In this document: one piece after another, positions 50,604-59,907 of the stretch
How the letters are laid out: every line of letters begins with the position of its first letter
Numbering within the stretch: the stretch's first letter is position 1
Notes under the pieces: generated by a model
What the model saw: only the letters and a program-made list of their open reading frames with translations
Database searches by the model: none
Told to the model about the DNA's origin: nothing
Program-made: the position numbers and the translations under genes
Origin: a phage
Strand: one strand, 5' to 3'
Length of the DNA stretch: 64,000 bases
Sequence record: PX969468.1

Positions 50604-53027
50604 ATGAGTATGTATAGCTTCGATTTTGAGGCCTCTGGGCTTTTGGAAGATCCAGACCTTTATTATCACTGCGGCCTGTTTAAAGCGTTGAATAAGAACC
50701 GTTTTATGCTGTTCCTTCCTCTAAATGACCGCACACACTACTCCGAGGAGGATATAGAAAAGGCTAAGAACTTCATTCTGGCAAAGAAAACTCTTTATAA
50801 AGATTTTGAAGTTCGCATAGCAGATTTTTCAGAGTTGGAAGGTTGGCTTACAGGAAATTCTGACTGGTCACCAACAGCTTTGAACTGCCATAACTGCTAC
50901 AGTTATGACTTTATGCTGATGGAAAGATTATCTGGTATTCATTTTGATATGTTCCGTGATCCTAAATGTATGGGGACTATCAACGATCACCAGGTTAACC
51001 TGTTTGATACGTTGGCGATGAGCCGAATCTTGTGGCCTGATCGCCCTTTACCAAAAGGTTGTCCGGACTCTGTATTCAACCCGGTTACTAAGAAAATGCA
51101 GCCTGTTGGTCCTCACGGCCTTATGGCATGGGGCTACGCCCTTGGTAACCAGAAAGTTCAAATTGATGACTGGCGCGATCTTCCGTTATGGAAGTATGTG
51201 GATCGTGTATTTGAGGACGTTATCATCCAGGAGCTGCTCTGGAAAGAGCTGGTAGCGGAATCAAAAGGTGTATTCTACGGCAAATCTGACATGCAGAACT
51301 TTATGTACGATCCTGCCAAAGAGAAGCCGAAAGGGTTCAAGAAGATCACCTGGAAGAACGCATTACGTCGAGGCATGTTGCAGCACTTCCTGATGGAGCT
51401 GCAGGCCCGTCAGGGTGTATACTTCGACATAGATGGAGCTATTGCTTTACGTGACCGTTGCGATGCGTGGATGAAAGAAATCGCTGATCGTGTTGAACCA
51501 CAACTGCCTTTAAAAGAGCTGTCAATGTCTCAGCGGCCCAAGTTCCCTGAAAAGCCGTTTAACCAAGATGGGACAATCTCTAATAATGGTTGGAAATGGT
51601 TAAAAGATAAGCTTGGCTATCCTGTGGACATGAGTGCTTTAGAGTTCAAAGCCCCACCTAAGCGAGCATTTACCTCTACAGGAGATGTCAGTAAGATGGG
51701 GATAAAATGGTGTGAAGAGATGGGCTGCAAAGACCACGATAAGATGGCTGATTTCTTGAGAGGCTATATTAAGGGCACCTCCACACCACAACCTTTACCT
51801 AAAGAGCTAATGGATCAGGCAATAAGTGATCTACAGCAGAAGCGAATGCCGGACTGCAAGATACCTATGAAAATCAGCAATCAGGACGACATTAAGCGAT
51901 ACCTGATCAGTGCTGGTTGGCTTCCGACAATGTGGAGAACTAAGGATGTAACTAAAGACAGCAAGAAGAAAGCTTTACCTGATGCAGATGTTGATGCACG
52001 AGTATATGCATATATGGACGAGCTTTTGGAGTCAGAGTATTGTGACCTAATTATCAACTTCTGGAACAAAACTGATGCTAAGTTCCAGACAACCGTGCAC
52101 AAGTTCCGAAGCTTTCCTAACTCCGAAAGGATTAAAAAGGAAGTATTCGGGAAAATACGTAGAAAAGCTAGGGCACTTATTACTTCTCCGCAACTGAAAG
52201 ATACGTTTGGACACCTGTGTCCGAATCTTGAAAAATTGAACGGAGAGATGGCTAAAGATATCGTCTTATGGTTATCATTGCGAAACCGCAGATCGGTACT
52301 TGATCCAATCAAGGAGGATAAGGTTGACACTGGTCTTCTTAATCACCCACGTTTGAAGATTGACCATAAGCTTCCTGCTAAAAGCTCTGGATTAACAAAC
52401 ACTTCCAGACAGAAACACAGTATTTGTGCAAACATGCCTAAACCCTCTCCTAAAGTGGTTATGGGTAAAGAGATGCGTAGCTTGTGGGGTGTTCCTCCAG
52501 GATACTTTGAGATCGGTATCGACGGGTCCAACTTAGAGCAGCTTATCGGGGCTTGGGGTGCCTTTGAGTTCGACAACGGCCTGTATTACGATGTTGTAAG
52601 TAACGGAGACGCACACCAAAACAATGCTGAGGCATATACAAAAGTAGCAGGCAGAGAGGTGTCCCGTAACGACGGTAAACCTATCACGTATGGGGTTATG
52701 TACGGGGCACAAAAAGATAAAGTTGCAGATATGCTGGACATCTCTCCAGAGTTGGGACAAAGGGTAATCGATGCGCTTTGGGATGCCAACCCTGGTCTTA
52801 AGGGCCGTAAAGAGGATCTGGAGAAATTCTGGGAAGCAACGGGTAAGAAGTTTATCTACTCTTTTGATGGTCATGCCATCTGGACCCGATCTAAACACTC
52901 TTTACTTAATGCATACCAACAGAATGGTGGTGCATCGCTGTGTGACTTAGTTGGGATACTCATGCACCACCAAATGGTGAAGCGTGGGTGGTACGATGAA
53001 GGTGTTCGTCGTATTATTTATTACCAT
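50604..53027 (+). CDS. DNA polymerase, family A (T7 gp5-like), exon 1
   Basis: exo motif FDFEASGL...HCG; FDTLAMSRIL; GPHGLMAWGY; motif B RNDGKPITYGVMYGAQ; exon ends after His codon of motif C (IIYYH), then in-frame stop inside the intron. Confidence 0.85.
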
Positions 53028-53303
53028 AAATAACATTGTGGCTTCATAGAGTAATCTATGTCGAATAACCTCTTTAACTGCGGGAAGCCTAAACCTTATG
53101 GCAAGGTAATCCGCAACGAAGCGCTCAAAAGAGCGAACGCTCAGAGGCCATTCCGAAAGGAAGTAGACCAGCAAGTGCGGTCGAAATGGGAGGATTCCTG
53201 TGGTTGCTTATCATAGGAATATGAGATGGTCCGATCCTACGTGAAAACGTATGGCTATGCACGTAATGGTGCGGGGTAGCTTAACGACCTACCTGAACTA
53301 TTG
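53028..53303 (+). mobile_element. group I self-splicing intron (ORF-less, 276 nt) in the DNA polymerase gene
   Basis: 5' exon ends in U (ccaT) pairing with IGS gtgg at 53038-53041; intron ends with G at 53303; P/Q/R/S-like core elements in order (ctgcgggaag at about 53078; aatccgcaac at about 53108; ctcagaggcca at about 53140; gagatggtccg at about 53222); splicing restores HDE. Confidence 0.75.
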
Positions 53304-53657
53304 GATGAGTACCAACTTCAAGTGCCTGACACACCGAAGTATAAGACTGTGTACACCTTCGACACAATTGAAGAACTGGAAGCATTTAAGGCAGAACAGG
53401 AGGCCAAACTTCATGTGTTCGACGGTCATAAGTACAAAAAGGCACGCAAAGATGAGGACGGAAACGAAGTAGTTGACAGGGACGGAAACACGGTGTACGA
53501 TCCTATCCTGAACGATGACGGAAAGCTTGAACTTATCTGGAGCCCTGTGGGCGAAATGGTGGTGCATTGCTTCTGGCAAGCTTCTAAAATGATGGGCGTT
53601 CCGTTCCAGATCACAGGTGAATACTTGTGTGGTCGTAACTGGGGCGATTGTCACTAA
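53304..53657 (+). CDS. DNA polymerase, family A, exon 2
   Basis: begins DEYQLQV completing motif C as YYH-DE; C-terminus ...GRNWGDCH ends in His as T7 DNAP does; ORF track lists it as 53301..53657. Confidence 0.75.
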   Translation, partial: DEYQLQVPDTPKYKTVYTFDTIEELEAFKAEQEAKLHVFDGHKYKKARKDEDGNEVVDRDGNTVYDPILNDDGKLELIWSPVGEMVVHCFWQASKMMGVPFQITGEYLCGRNWGDCH

Positions 53658-53706
53658 TGTAAACTATCAACACACGGAAGTGTTGTTAGATAGAGAGGAG
53701 ACTTTT

Positions 53707-53991
53707 ATGGTAGTAGAACCGACAAAAACATTTACCTCCATGACTATTCCTGTTATTATGCAGGTAGAGTGCGTTCAGGTGTCTCAAGTGTGGCCAGGTA
53801 CTAAAATTCCAACAGGGCCTGATTTCTTTCAGGTCGGCAAAGTGTATAATGTCTGGAAGGCACCGGATTGTTACCCTTTCATTAAAGATGACCGTGGAAT
53901 GTTATGGTATCTGGGAAATGATTTGACACTGCATCTTGGAAATGCTATTATTGCAGTGTTCCGGCTCAACAAGAAGGAGGCAGATCAATGA
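53707..53991 (+). CDS. small protein, paralogue family A member 1
   Basis: ATG at 53707 after GAGAGGAG; core FFQVGKVYNVW...IKDDRGMLWYL shared with next two genes. Confidence 0.4.
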   Translation: MVVEPTKTFTSMTIPVIMQVECVQVSQVWPGTKIPTGPDFFQVGKVYNVWKAPDCYPFIKDDRGMLWYLGNDLTLHLGNAIIAVFRLNKKEADQ

Positions 53992-54215
53992 CAACTTTGG
54001 TTAAAGCGACGTTTGTAGAAGAAAAGATGACAGACCTGTCATTCTTTGAAGAAGGTAAGGTCTACAAGGTTTACTACGATAAGGATCGCAGGAACAATAT
54101 GATCGAAGACGAGGAAGGTGTTGCCTGGTTTATCTCCCATCTGGCAAATGGTGAGTATCATATCTATGGAACCACCCTACTTGCCAAGTTTGTAGCTGTT
54201 GAAGAGGATCTATGA
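53988..54215 (+). CDS. small protein, paralogue family A member 2
   Basis: FFEEGKVYKVYY...IEDEEGVAWFISH; ATGA coupling. Confidence 0.4.
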   Translation: MTTLVKATFVEEKMTDLSFFEEGKVYKVYYDKDRRNNMIEDEEGVAWFISHLANGEYHIYGTTLLAKFVAVEEDL

Positions 54216-54406
54216 AAGTAAAGTATCTGGCTGAAGGTATGAGTAGGTATTTTACCCTCGGAGAGGAGTATTGGCCCTTTACGGAAAATGGAGATGTATA
54301 CGTGAAGGATGACCAAGGTGTGCCGTGGTTTCTGCACCATAATGGGTTGGGGTATTCCATCTACTGCGGTGCAGTGAACAACACAACCCTTGCAGAGTTT
54401 GTCTAG
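54212..54406 (+). CDS. small protein, paralogue family A member 3
   Basis: YFTLGEEYWPF...VKDDQGVPWFLHH; ATGA coupling. Confidence 0.4.
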   Translation: MKVKYLAEGMSRYFTLGEEYWPFTENGDVYVKDDQGVPWFLHHNGLGYSIYCGAVNNTTLAEFV

Positions 54407-54416
54407 AGGAGGCAGA

Positions 54417-54788
54417 ATGTTAGTAAAAGGTACCCACACAGTCAAGCAACGTATTGAAGTTGAGATCGATGATTGTGAGCTGAAGCATATTTTGCGGTCA
54501 TGCTCCAACGTTTTGCTCCTTAGTATTCTCCAGGAGCGAGCGGAGAACGAGTTCTTAAATGCACTGGCAGGTCGCCCCGGTGACTTCTGTGTGCGTAAGC
54601 GTGGTGACAACAAGTCATGGTTGTGGGAAATCGATGCCGACTGGGATTACCACAAAAATGAGGGTATAGATGAGCCTATTCGTGAATTGACAGACAAAGA
54701 GATTCAGATGTACAATGAAGTTTGTCATTGGGCAACACGCCAACAAATTTACCTCGACCCTGTGTGGCTGATTGAAAATAGCCATTGA
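54417..54788 (+). CDS. hypothetical protein
   Basis: ATG at 54417 after AGAGGAGG; ORF track start 54390. Confidence 0.4.
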   Translation: MLVKGTHTVKQRIEVEIDDCELKHILRSCSNVLLLSILQERAENEFLNALAGRPGDFCVRKRGDNKSWLWEIDADWDYHKNEGIDEPIRELTDKEIQMYNEVCHWATRQQIYLDPVWLIENSH

Positions 54789-54864
54789 CAAGAAGTAAGA
54801 TTAGATATAAGATGCTTCACACAAACAGAGCGTTGATTTTTAAATAACCAAGGAGACTGCCAAG

Positions 54865-55119
54865 ATGAAAATCACTTTGAAGCCAGAAGAAGTTGCAAAT
54901 GACCGAGCTTTTAAGGATTGCACAGTCGGTGCAATTTATGAAGCAGAGTTTTGTGAGAACCCTCTGGTAAAAGCCCTTCTGGAAGAAGGGGCCCCTTTAT
55001 CACAAGAAGAGATTGATGAGCTGGAAAACTCAGCACAGTGCCTTACCTTTAAAGACGATGAAGGAGACTCTGTCTTGTGCACTGTTAACGAAGTAGTTTT
55101 TGTAAAACCTGAACATTAA
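54865..55119 (+). CDS. small acidic protein, paralogue family B member 1
   Basis: KPEEVANDRAFKDCTVGAIY...FKDDEGDSVLCTVNEV, similar to 55183..55443 and 56142..56387. Confidence 0.4.
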   Translation: MKITLKPEEVANDRAFKDCTVGAIYEAEFCENPLVKALLEEGAPLSQEEIDELENSAQCLTFKDDEGDSVLCTVNEVVFVKPEH

Positions 55120-55122
55120 TAC

Positions 55123-55151
55123 TTGACAACAGTGATAGGGCCTAATATAAT
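55123..55151 (+). promoter_or_regulatory. consensus sigma70 promoter TTGACA-N17-TATAAT with -10 inside a palindrome
   Basis: ttgaca 55123-55128, tataat 55146-55151; palindrome atagggcc-taatataa-tggccctat spans the -10. Confidence 0.55.
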
Positions 55152-55182
55152 GGCCCTATCAAAACGAAAGGGGACCACAGCA

Positions 55183-55443
55183 ATGACTAAACAATATCAA
55201 CGAATTAAAGCCAAGGTTAAGCCAGACTATCTGGAGAAGGACTCTGCTTTTCGGGACTGCACAGCGGACAAAGTTTACACAGGGGCCGTCCTGTTGAACG
55301 ATGAACTTGAAGTAGATGTTCTGGGTAAAGAGGCCGTTATCGAGGATGACAACGGTGACTGTGTTTTCTGCACCACACGGGAGCTAGAAGTTTTAGAATA
55401 CTTCGGTGAAATCTTCAACTCCTTAGACGAAGAGGAAGCGTGA
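55183..55443 (+). CDS. small acidic protein, paralogue family B member 2
   Basis: ATG at 55183 after aaagggga; ORF track start 55123 (TTG) would overlap the promoter; KPDYLEKDSAFRDCTADKVY...IEDDNGDCVFCTTREL. Confidence 0.4.
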   Translation: MTKQYQRIKAKVKPDYLEKDSAFRDCTADKVYTGAVLLNDELEVDVLGKEAVIEDDNGDCVFCTTRELEVLEYFGEIFNSLDEEEA

Positions 55444-55832
55444 TGAAAAATATTTGGGATATTGATATCTTTGAAGCCTCTAAGCTTGACGGTGCTGATG
55501 GAGTGATTATGGTGTCTGATGGCAAGGCAACACTAACTTCCGGAGATACCATCTATGCCTTGGACGAGCTGGCGCTTCTGAAATCTACCGGTAACACTTT
55601 AGAGGAGCGTCTTCAAGGCTTCGCCTTCAAAGAAGGCACAAATACCGCCATGATGGGTACCACACGGACAGTCCAGGTTGGTAACGGTGTCTATATGATC
55701 ATTGCTGTGTGTCCTAAATTCAGCAACGTCAACAAAGATGATGCTGACGCTGTCAACGATGTGGTTGTTCTCTTCGTGGGTGACGCTATGGCAGACCTGA
55801 TGAATGCAGGAGAAGCGGCAAATGAAGACTGA
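55440..55832 (+). CDS. hypothetical protein
   Basis: 130-aa ORF, ATGA overlap. Confidence 0.35.
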   Translation: MMKNIWDIDIFEASKLDGADGVIMVSDGKATLTSGDTIYALDELALLKSTGNTLEERLQGFAFKEGTNTAMMGTTRTVQVGNGVYMIIAVCPKFSNVNKDDADAVNDVVVLFVGDAMADLMNAGEAANED

Positions 55833-56124
55833 AAACATTACCCCAGCAGGGTTCTTAAAAGTATACCGTGAACTGCTATATACTACAGAGGACAGTGTTC
55901 TAGAGTATCCAGAATATCTTTTGCTGTATAAGTATCTACAGGAAGCTGGTGAAAATCTGCCAGTTAGTGCAGAAGGTGGTCCGAACTGGATATACAGCGC
56001 ATGGAGAAAGGTTGACATTCTCCCAGATCCAGGTAAAGATATGGTAGTTTGGCAGCTTATCAACAACATCGGGATTCCAATCTTCGATGAAGCTGTTAAA
56101 ATCTATTTTGAACTTGACGATTAA
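55804..56124 (+). CDS. hypothetical protein (start uncertain; ATG at 55822 possible)
   Basis: 106-aa ORF overlapping upstream gene end. Confidence 0.3.
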   Translation: MQEKRQMKTENITPAGFLKVYRELLYTTEDSVLEYPEYLLLYKYLQEAGENLPVSAEGGPNWIYSAWRKVDILPDPGKDMVVWQLINNIGIPIFDEAVKIYFELDD

Positions 56125-56141
56125 TATCAGGAGACCTTAAG

Positions 56142-56387
56142 ATGGCTGAAGCAGTTGCTCGCGCGGGACAGAAAGTACGTTGTGTTGAAGTAGGTTTTGG
56201 TGGTAAAGGGTGTCAAAACTTGACTCAAGGTAAGGAATACGCTGTTATTTCTGGTGGTGGCGACGAAAGTATTGTGTTCGAGGGCCACATCCTGGATGCT
56301 GAAAACTTTGAAATCTTTGACGACGATGGGGATCCGATCACCTGCCTGCTGGACGGGAATTGGGGAACTTTCGAAGTGATTGGCTAA
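56142..56387 (+). CDS. small acidic protein, paralogue family B member 3
   Basis: KVRCVEVGFGG...FEIFDDDGDPITCLLDGNW shares the DD-GD-C core. Confidence 0.35.
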   Translation: MAEAVARAGQKVRCVEVGFGGKGCQNLTQGKEYAVISGGGDESIVFEGHILDAENFEIFDDDGDPITCLLDGNWGTFEVIG

Positions 56388-56397
56388 CAAATACCTA

Positions 56398-56426
56398 TTG
56401 TAATTTACAGAAGGGGATGCTAAAAT
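56398..56426 (+). promoter_or_regulatory. sigma70-like promoter TTGTAA-N17-TAAAAT with TG extension
   Basis: ttgtaa 56398-56403, tgctaaaat 56418-56426. Confidence 0.45.
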
Positions 56427-56470
56427 AGTGTCTCCTTCTATGTTGTTCAAATAAAATCGGAGATTCCATA

Positions 56471-56836
56471 ATGGAACAAATGAACGATCAAGCGTCGGTT
56501 GCGATGAACGAGCAAGAACAACCTCAAGAATTTTTCTTAGGGTTAAGTAAAGATCAAGTGTCTCTTCTGCTAGTGCTTTCTTCTTTCATGGGAAGACTTC
56601 AGGAGCTCACACAACAACCGGAGGCTGAACAATTATTTCAGGCTCTGCGTGAAGAAGAAAAATATCGTCGTTTGGACTATGCCTTAGGTTGGGTAGCTCA
56701 ACAACGAGATATGCTGATGGCCCTCTCTGGGACCACAAGTTTTGCAATGGGCCTGTTGGCTCAAGTTCAGGACAAATTAATTCAAGCAGGGTTTGCACAC
56801 ACGGCAAACACTAACGAAGAACAAGGAGACAAATAA
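56471..56836 (+). CDS. hypothetical protein
   Basis: 121-aa ORF with RBS (ggagattcc). Confidence 0.4.
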   Translation: MEQMNDQASVAMNEQEQPQEFFLGLSKDQVSLLLVLSSFMGRLQELTQQPEAEQLFQALREEEKYRRLDYALGWVAQQRDMLMALSGTTSFAMGLLAQVQDKLIQAGFAHTANTNEEQGDK

Positions 56837-58062
56837 TGAGCGTTATTCAACAATTCGCTAACCCGATGAATCCGCGTGAAACTGTTTTACTGGCTCACGG
56901 CATGATCAAGCGTGTTAGCATCAAGCCTATCAAAGGTGCTGATCCTACAACAGGTATTAAAACCACTGTGTGGCAAGGTAAGAAAATTGAGTCCAGCCAC
57001 ACCATCTCTTTACTGATTTCTGAACTGGATTCCTCTGATAACCTACTTCAAGGTGGTGAAGAAGTTTGGATCAGTATGGGCGATAAGCTGCTTAAACCGG
57101 GTCATCAAGACTCTGTCTCTGTTAAAATTGATGACAAGTGGGAAACCGTAACGCCAGGATGGATCGTAAATATCCCTTTGAAGGCAAACGAGCATAACGG
57201 TAAGACCTACTACAAAGGCTCACTGGCTAAGATGGTTAAGCTGGGTGCAGGAGAGGCTCCAGCAGCGACTCAGCAGCAAAAACCGCAACAAGGTGCACAA
57301 TCACAAGGCCAGAAGCAGAAACATCAGCAGAATGCCAATCAGGACGTTTTACGCATCTATGGTGATGTGACTCAGATTGTTGGCAACGTGGTTACTGTTA
57401 ATGACCACAAGATTGGCGAAGGTGCTATGGTTGTAACTGATGAGCAGCTTAAAGACCTGGTGGTAGGTGGTCGTGTTGCAGCCATTGTTGACAAAGACAC
57501 CGGAAACATTATCAGTGGTTTCAAGGCCTATCCTCCTAAGGCAGAGAACGGCACTCAAGGCTCTGGTGGCAAGCGTAAATCCTCTTACGACCCTATCGGT
57601 GTGGAAACGGGGCATAGCATCAATGCGTTGCAAATCATCCTGGATCGCGGGTTTAAGGTAGACGACCCACTAGGAGTGGCTAAAACACTACACGTAGTCA
57701 CTATTGAGCTTAAGAAAGAGTATGCTCAAGCCACCAACCGAACTGAAGATGAAGTAGGTGCCAGTGTCGGTAATGCGGTGTTGAACGCTTGTCGCCGTAT
57801 TGACAAGAAAACGAAAGTTGATGATTTTGCAGCGGCAATTACTGCAGAAGCAAAAGATGTCTTGACTAATCTGGCTGAGCCGTTGTACGATTGGATCAAG
57901 AACGGTGCTGGGTCAACTGACCATCAAGAACCTCAGGCTGCCAAACAGGAAGCAGCTCCACAGCAAAACACTGTAGACGCTCCTCCTGTAAATGATGAGG
58001 AAGATGACCCAATGGATCAGAATCCAGCACAGTATGAGTTCGATGACTCGATCCCCTTCTGA
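56836..58062 (+). CDS. single-stranded DNA-binding protein-like (SSB-type acidic C-terminal tip)
   Basis: Gln/Gly-rich linker then acidic tail ending DEEDDPMDQNPAQYEFDDSIPF, resembling canonical SSB DDDIPF tip; sits in replication module. Confidence 0.5.
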   Translation: MSVIQQFANPMNPRETVLLAHGMIKRVSIKPIKGADPTTGIKTTVWQGKKIESSHTISLLISELDSSDNLLQGGEEVWISMGDKLLKPGHQDSVSVKIDDKWETVTPGWIVNIPLKANEHNGKTYYKGSLAKMVKLGAGEAPAATQQQKPQQGAQSQGQKQKHQQNANQDVLRIYGDVTQIVGNVVTVNDHKIGEGAMVVTDEQLKDLVVGGRVAAIVDKDTGNIISGFKAYPPKAENGTQGSGGKRKSSYDPIGVETGHSINALQIILDRGFKVDDPLGVAKTLHVVTIELKKEYAQATNRTEDEVGASVGNAVLNACRRIDKKTKVDDFAAAITAEAKDVLTNLAEPLYDWIKNGAGSTDHQEPQAAKQEAAPQQNTVDAPPVNDEEDDPMDQNPAQYEFDDSIPF

Positions 58063-58070
58063 GTCCAGTT

Positions 58071-58649
58071 ATGAAATGCAAACGTTGTGGGGAGGACAAG
58101 GAGGCCTCCGACTTCTATACCAGCAACAAATCAACGTGCAAAGAGTGTTGCAAGAAGGCCAGTAGAGAGTCTGACCAATTTGCTAGAGACTCTTCAGAAA
58201 AAGGTGTAATACGCGTGTTGTACAAGGCTCAAAAGTGCAACAGCAAGCAAAGAGGTCACCCTCCTCCGACTTACACCAAGAAAGAGTTTAAGGATTGGCT
58301 ATACCTAAACGGTTACAAAGAGTTGTATGACCAATGGGTAGCCAGCGGATACGACAAAAGGAAAAAGCCTTCTTGTGACAGGATAGATGATTTCAAAGGA
58401 TACTCTTTTGATAATATCCGTTTAACGACTTGGGGAGAAAATAAAGACAAGCAGACAGAGGATATTCTATTGCATAGAAGCACCAGCGGTAGACGGTGTA
58501 AAAACGTAAGAAGGCTGGACAGGAATGGCAACATTCTCAAAGAGTGGGTATCTCACAACTCTTGTAGGAGAGAAACCGGAATATGTGTTGATTACTACAT
58601 TCATGAAAAAATTCCAGCCCCCGATGGGTACTTCTATGAATACTTTTAA
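58071..58649 (+). CDS. HNH_3-like endonuclease-family protein (zinc ribbon plus HNH-like motif with Arg at first His position)
   Basis: CKRCG...CKECC zinc ribbon; PSCDRIDDFKGYSFDNIRLTTWGENKDK resembles the HNH_3 core. Confidence 0.4.
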   Translation: MKCKRCGEDKEASDFYTSNKSTCKECCKKASRESDQFARDSSEKGVIRVLYKAQKCNSKQRGHPPPTYTKKEFKDWLYLNGYKELYDQWVASGYDKRKKPSCDRIDDFKGYSFDNIRLTTWGENKDKQTEDILLHRSTSGRRCKNVRRLDRNGNILKEWVSHNSCRRETGICVDYYIHEKIPAPDGYFYEYF

Positions 58650-58664
58650 CACCTAGTTAACATA

Positions 58665-58693
58665 GCCCTGCCCGAAAGGGTGGGGCATTTTTG
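58665..58693 (+). terminator. rho-independent terminator, second copy of the 47668 hairpin
   Basis: gccctgccc-gaaa-gggtggggc then atttttg; same flanking context (aacac..tag upstream, aggaga RBS downstream). Confidence 0.6.
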
Positions 58694-58711
58694 TATAAGG
58701 AGATCTGAAAA

Positions 58712-59128
58712 ATGACATTAGAAGATATCATTGTTAAACCTGAGAACTATAACCAATACAATCTATCAACCCAATCTGTGGACCTTGGATGCGCCACTGT
58801 CAGTGCGTGGCTGGTTAACGGAAAAGAGTTGGATAAATGCTTAGAAGCTCACATGACTGTGAACAAGTTCCTTGATGAAAATACTCACTGGCTGGAAGGT
58901 GCAGGTGTATACGCTTCGTGGCTAGAGAGTATGGGATTTGACTACCAATCTGAAGAGGGGTGGTGGAGCTATCTGGCTATCTGTCCAGAGACATTGCAAT
59001 GCTTCATGAAATATTCTGAAGATTTGGAGTACCGGGCGGTGGTTGACAGTGCTATTGCTCGTTATAGCCGTAAACCTTTTTCCCACGACATTAAAACTGT
59101 GGAAGAATTTGTTGAAGTTTTCTGTTGA
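58712..59128 (+). CDS. hypothetical protein
   Basis: 138-aa ORF after RBS (taaggagatc). Confidence 0.4.
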   Translation: MTLEDIIVKPENYNQYNLSTQSVDLGCATVSAWLVNGKELDKCLEAHMTVNKFLDENTHWLEGAGVYASWLESMGFDYQSEEGWWSYLAICPETLQCFMKYSEDLEYRAVVDSAIARYSRKPFSHDIKTVEEFVEVFC

Positions 59129-59224
59129 CACAGGTTGTAAGGTGTGCAATTATAACCTTGTAGAGCTGGAGGATGTGATGAACGAAGAAAACTGGGATGT
59201 GTAACTAACAGGAGGCCACTGCCC

Positions 59225-59422
59225 ATGATTTATCGAATCCGTGTGAGAGAAGATGCACCAGGTTGTTACTTTGACTGGCGTGGGTGGTGGTTTCTCCACC
59301 CAATGGATGGACTCACAGATAGAATGCTGGATGCTGCCCTTTACACAGATACCGACATAGAGTATAATCTTTACTTGAAAGATGGTATCGATAACGGCCT
59401 GTTTGAAGCAATTCCTGCGTAA
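59225..59422 (+). CDS. hypothetical small protein
   Basis: 65-aa ORF with RBS (caggagg). Confidence 0.3.
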   Translation: MIYRIRVREDAPGCYFDWRGWWFLHPMDGLTDRMLDAALYTDTDIEYNLYLKDGIDNGLFEAIPA

Positions 59423-59487
59423 GAGAATGTGATCGCCATGTTTTATGATCTTCCTGTAGCACCACCTATTGATCCTGGAGAACTACG

Positions 59488-59907
59488 ATGATTTATGAAA
59501 TGCCAAAATTGATCCGTGACGATGCCCAAAACCACACCATTATTATGGGTAAACGCATGAATATCCTTTGCCGTAACGATTTCTGTGGTGTAGAATACGT
59601 TGCAGACTACTTCGGTGAGAATGGTAAACACCCTGTTCAGTTCTTCCTTGACCATGAGGATAACATTATCTGGGAGTTTGAAACTGAAGATATCCGCAAC
59701 CTCTTCATCTTCCTCGGTGTCAAGGTTAAGGCCAATTTCGCGGAAGGTGAGTGCGACGATTGTGGATTTTATGAGGTGACAGACTTCTATCTCCCGAGTG
59801 GCAAGAACCTTTACTATGAGAGTCACTTCGGAAACACCAACATGCCTCAAAGCTGGGAAGAATTTTTCAGTATCGTAGAAGAGGAGCTGGCATACCGTGA
59901 TTATTGA
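59488..59907 (+). CDS. hypothetical protein
   Basis: 139-aa ORF. Confidence 0.4.
   Translation: MIYEMPKLIRDDAQNHTIIMGKRMNILCRNDFCGVEYVADYFGENGKHPVQFFLDHEDNIIWEFETEDIRNLFIFLGVKVKANFAEGECDDCGFYEVTDFYLPSGKNLYYESHFGNTNMPQSWEEFFSIVEEELAYRDY

Noticed and set aside
50604-53033. Polymerase truncated by a premature stop (pseudogene)
   Set aside because: The stop falls right after the His of motif C, and the downstream sequence has group I intron hallmarks and an in-frame continuation; an intron is a better explanation than gene decay.
53301-53657. Stand-alone 118-aa ORF (TTG start) downstream of the polymerase
   Set aside because: Its frame is only open from 53280, it begins with DEYQ completing motif C, and its C-terminus matches the family A polymerase tail; it is exon 2 of the polymerase, not a separate gene.
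59125-59156. Sigma70 promoter at TTGACA 59125
   Set aside because: No acceptable -10 at 16-18 bp spacing (tataac is 20 bp away); noted only as an imperfect inverted repeat (aggttgtaa/ttataacct).
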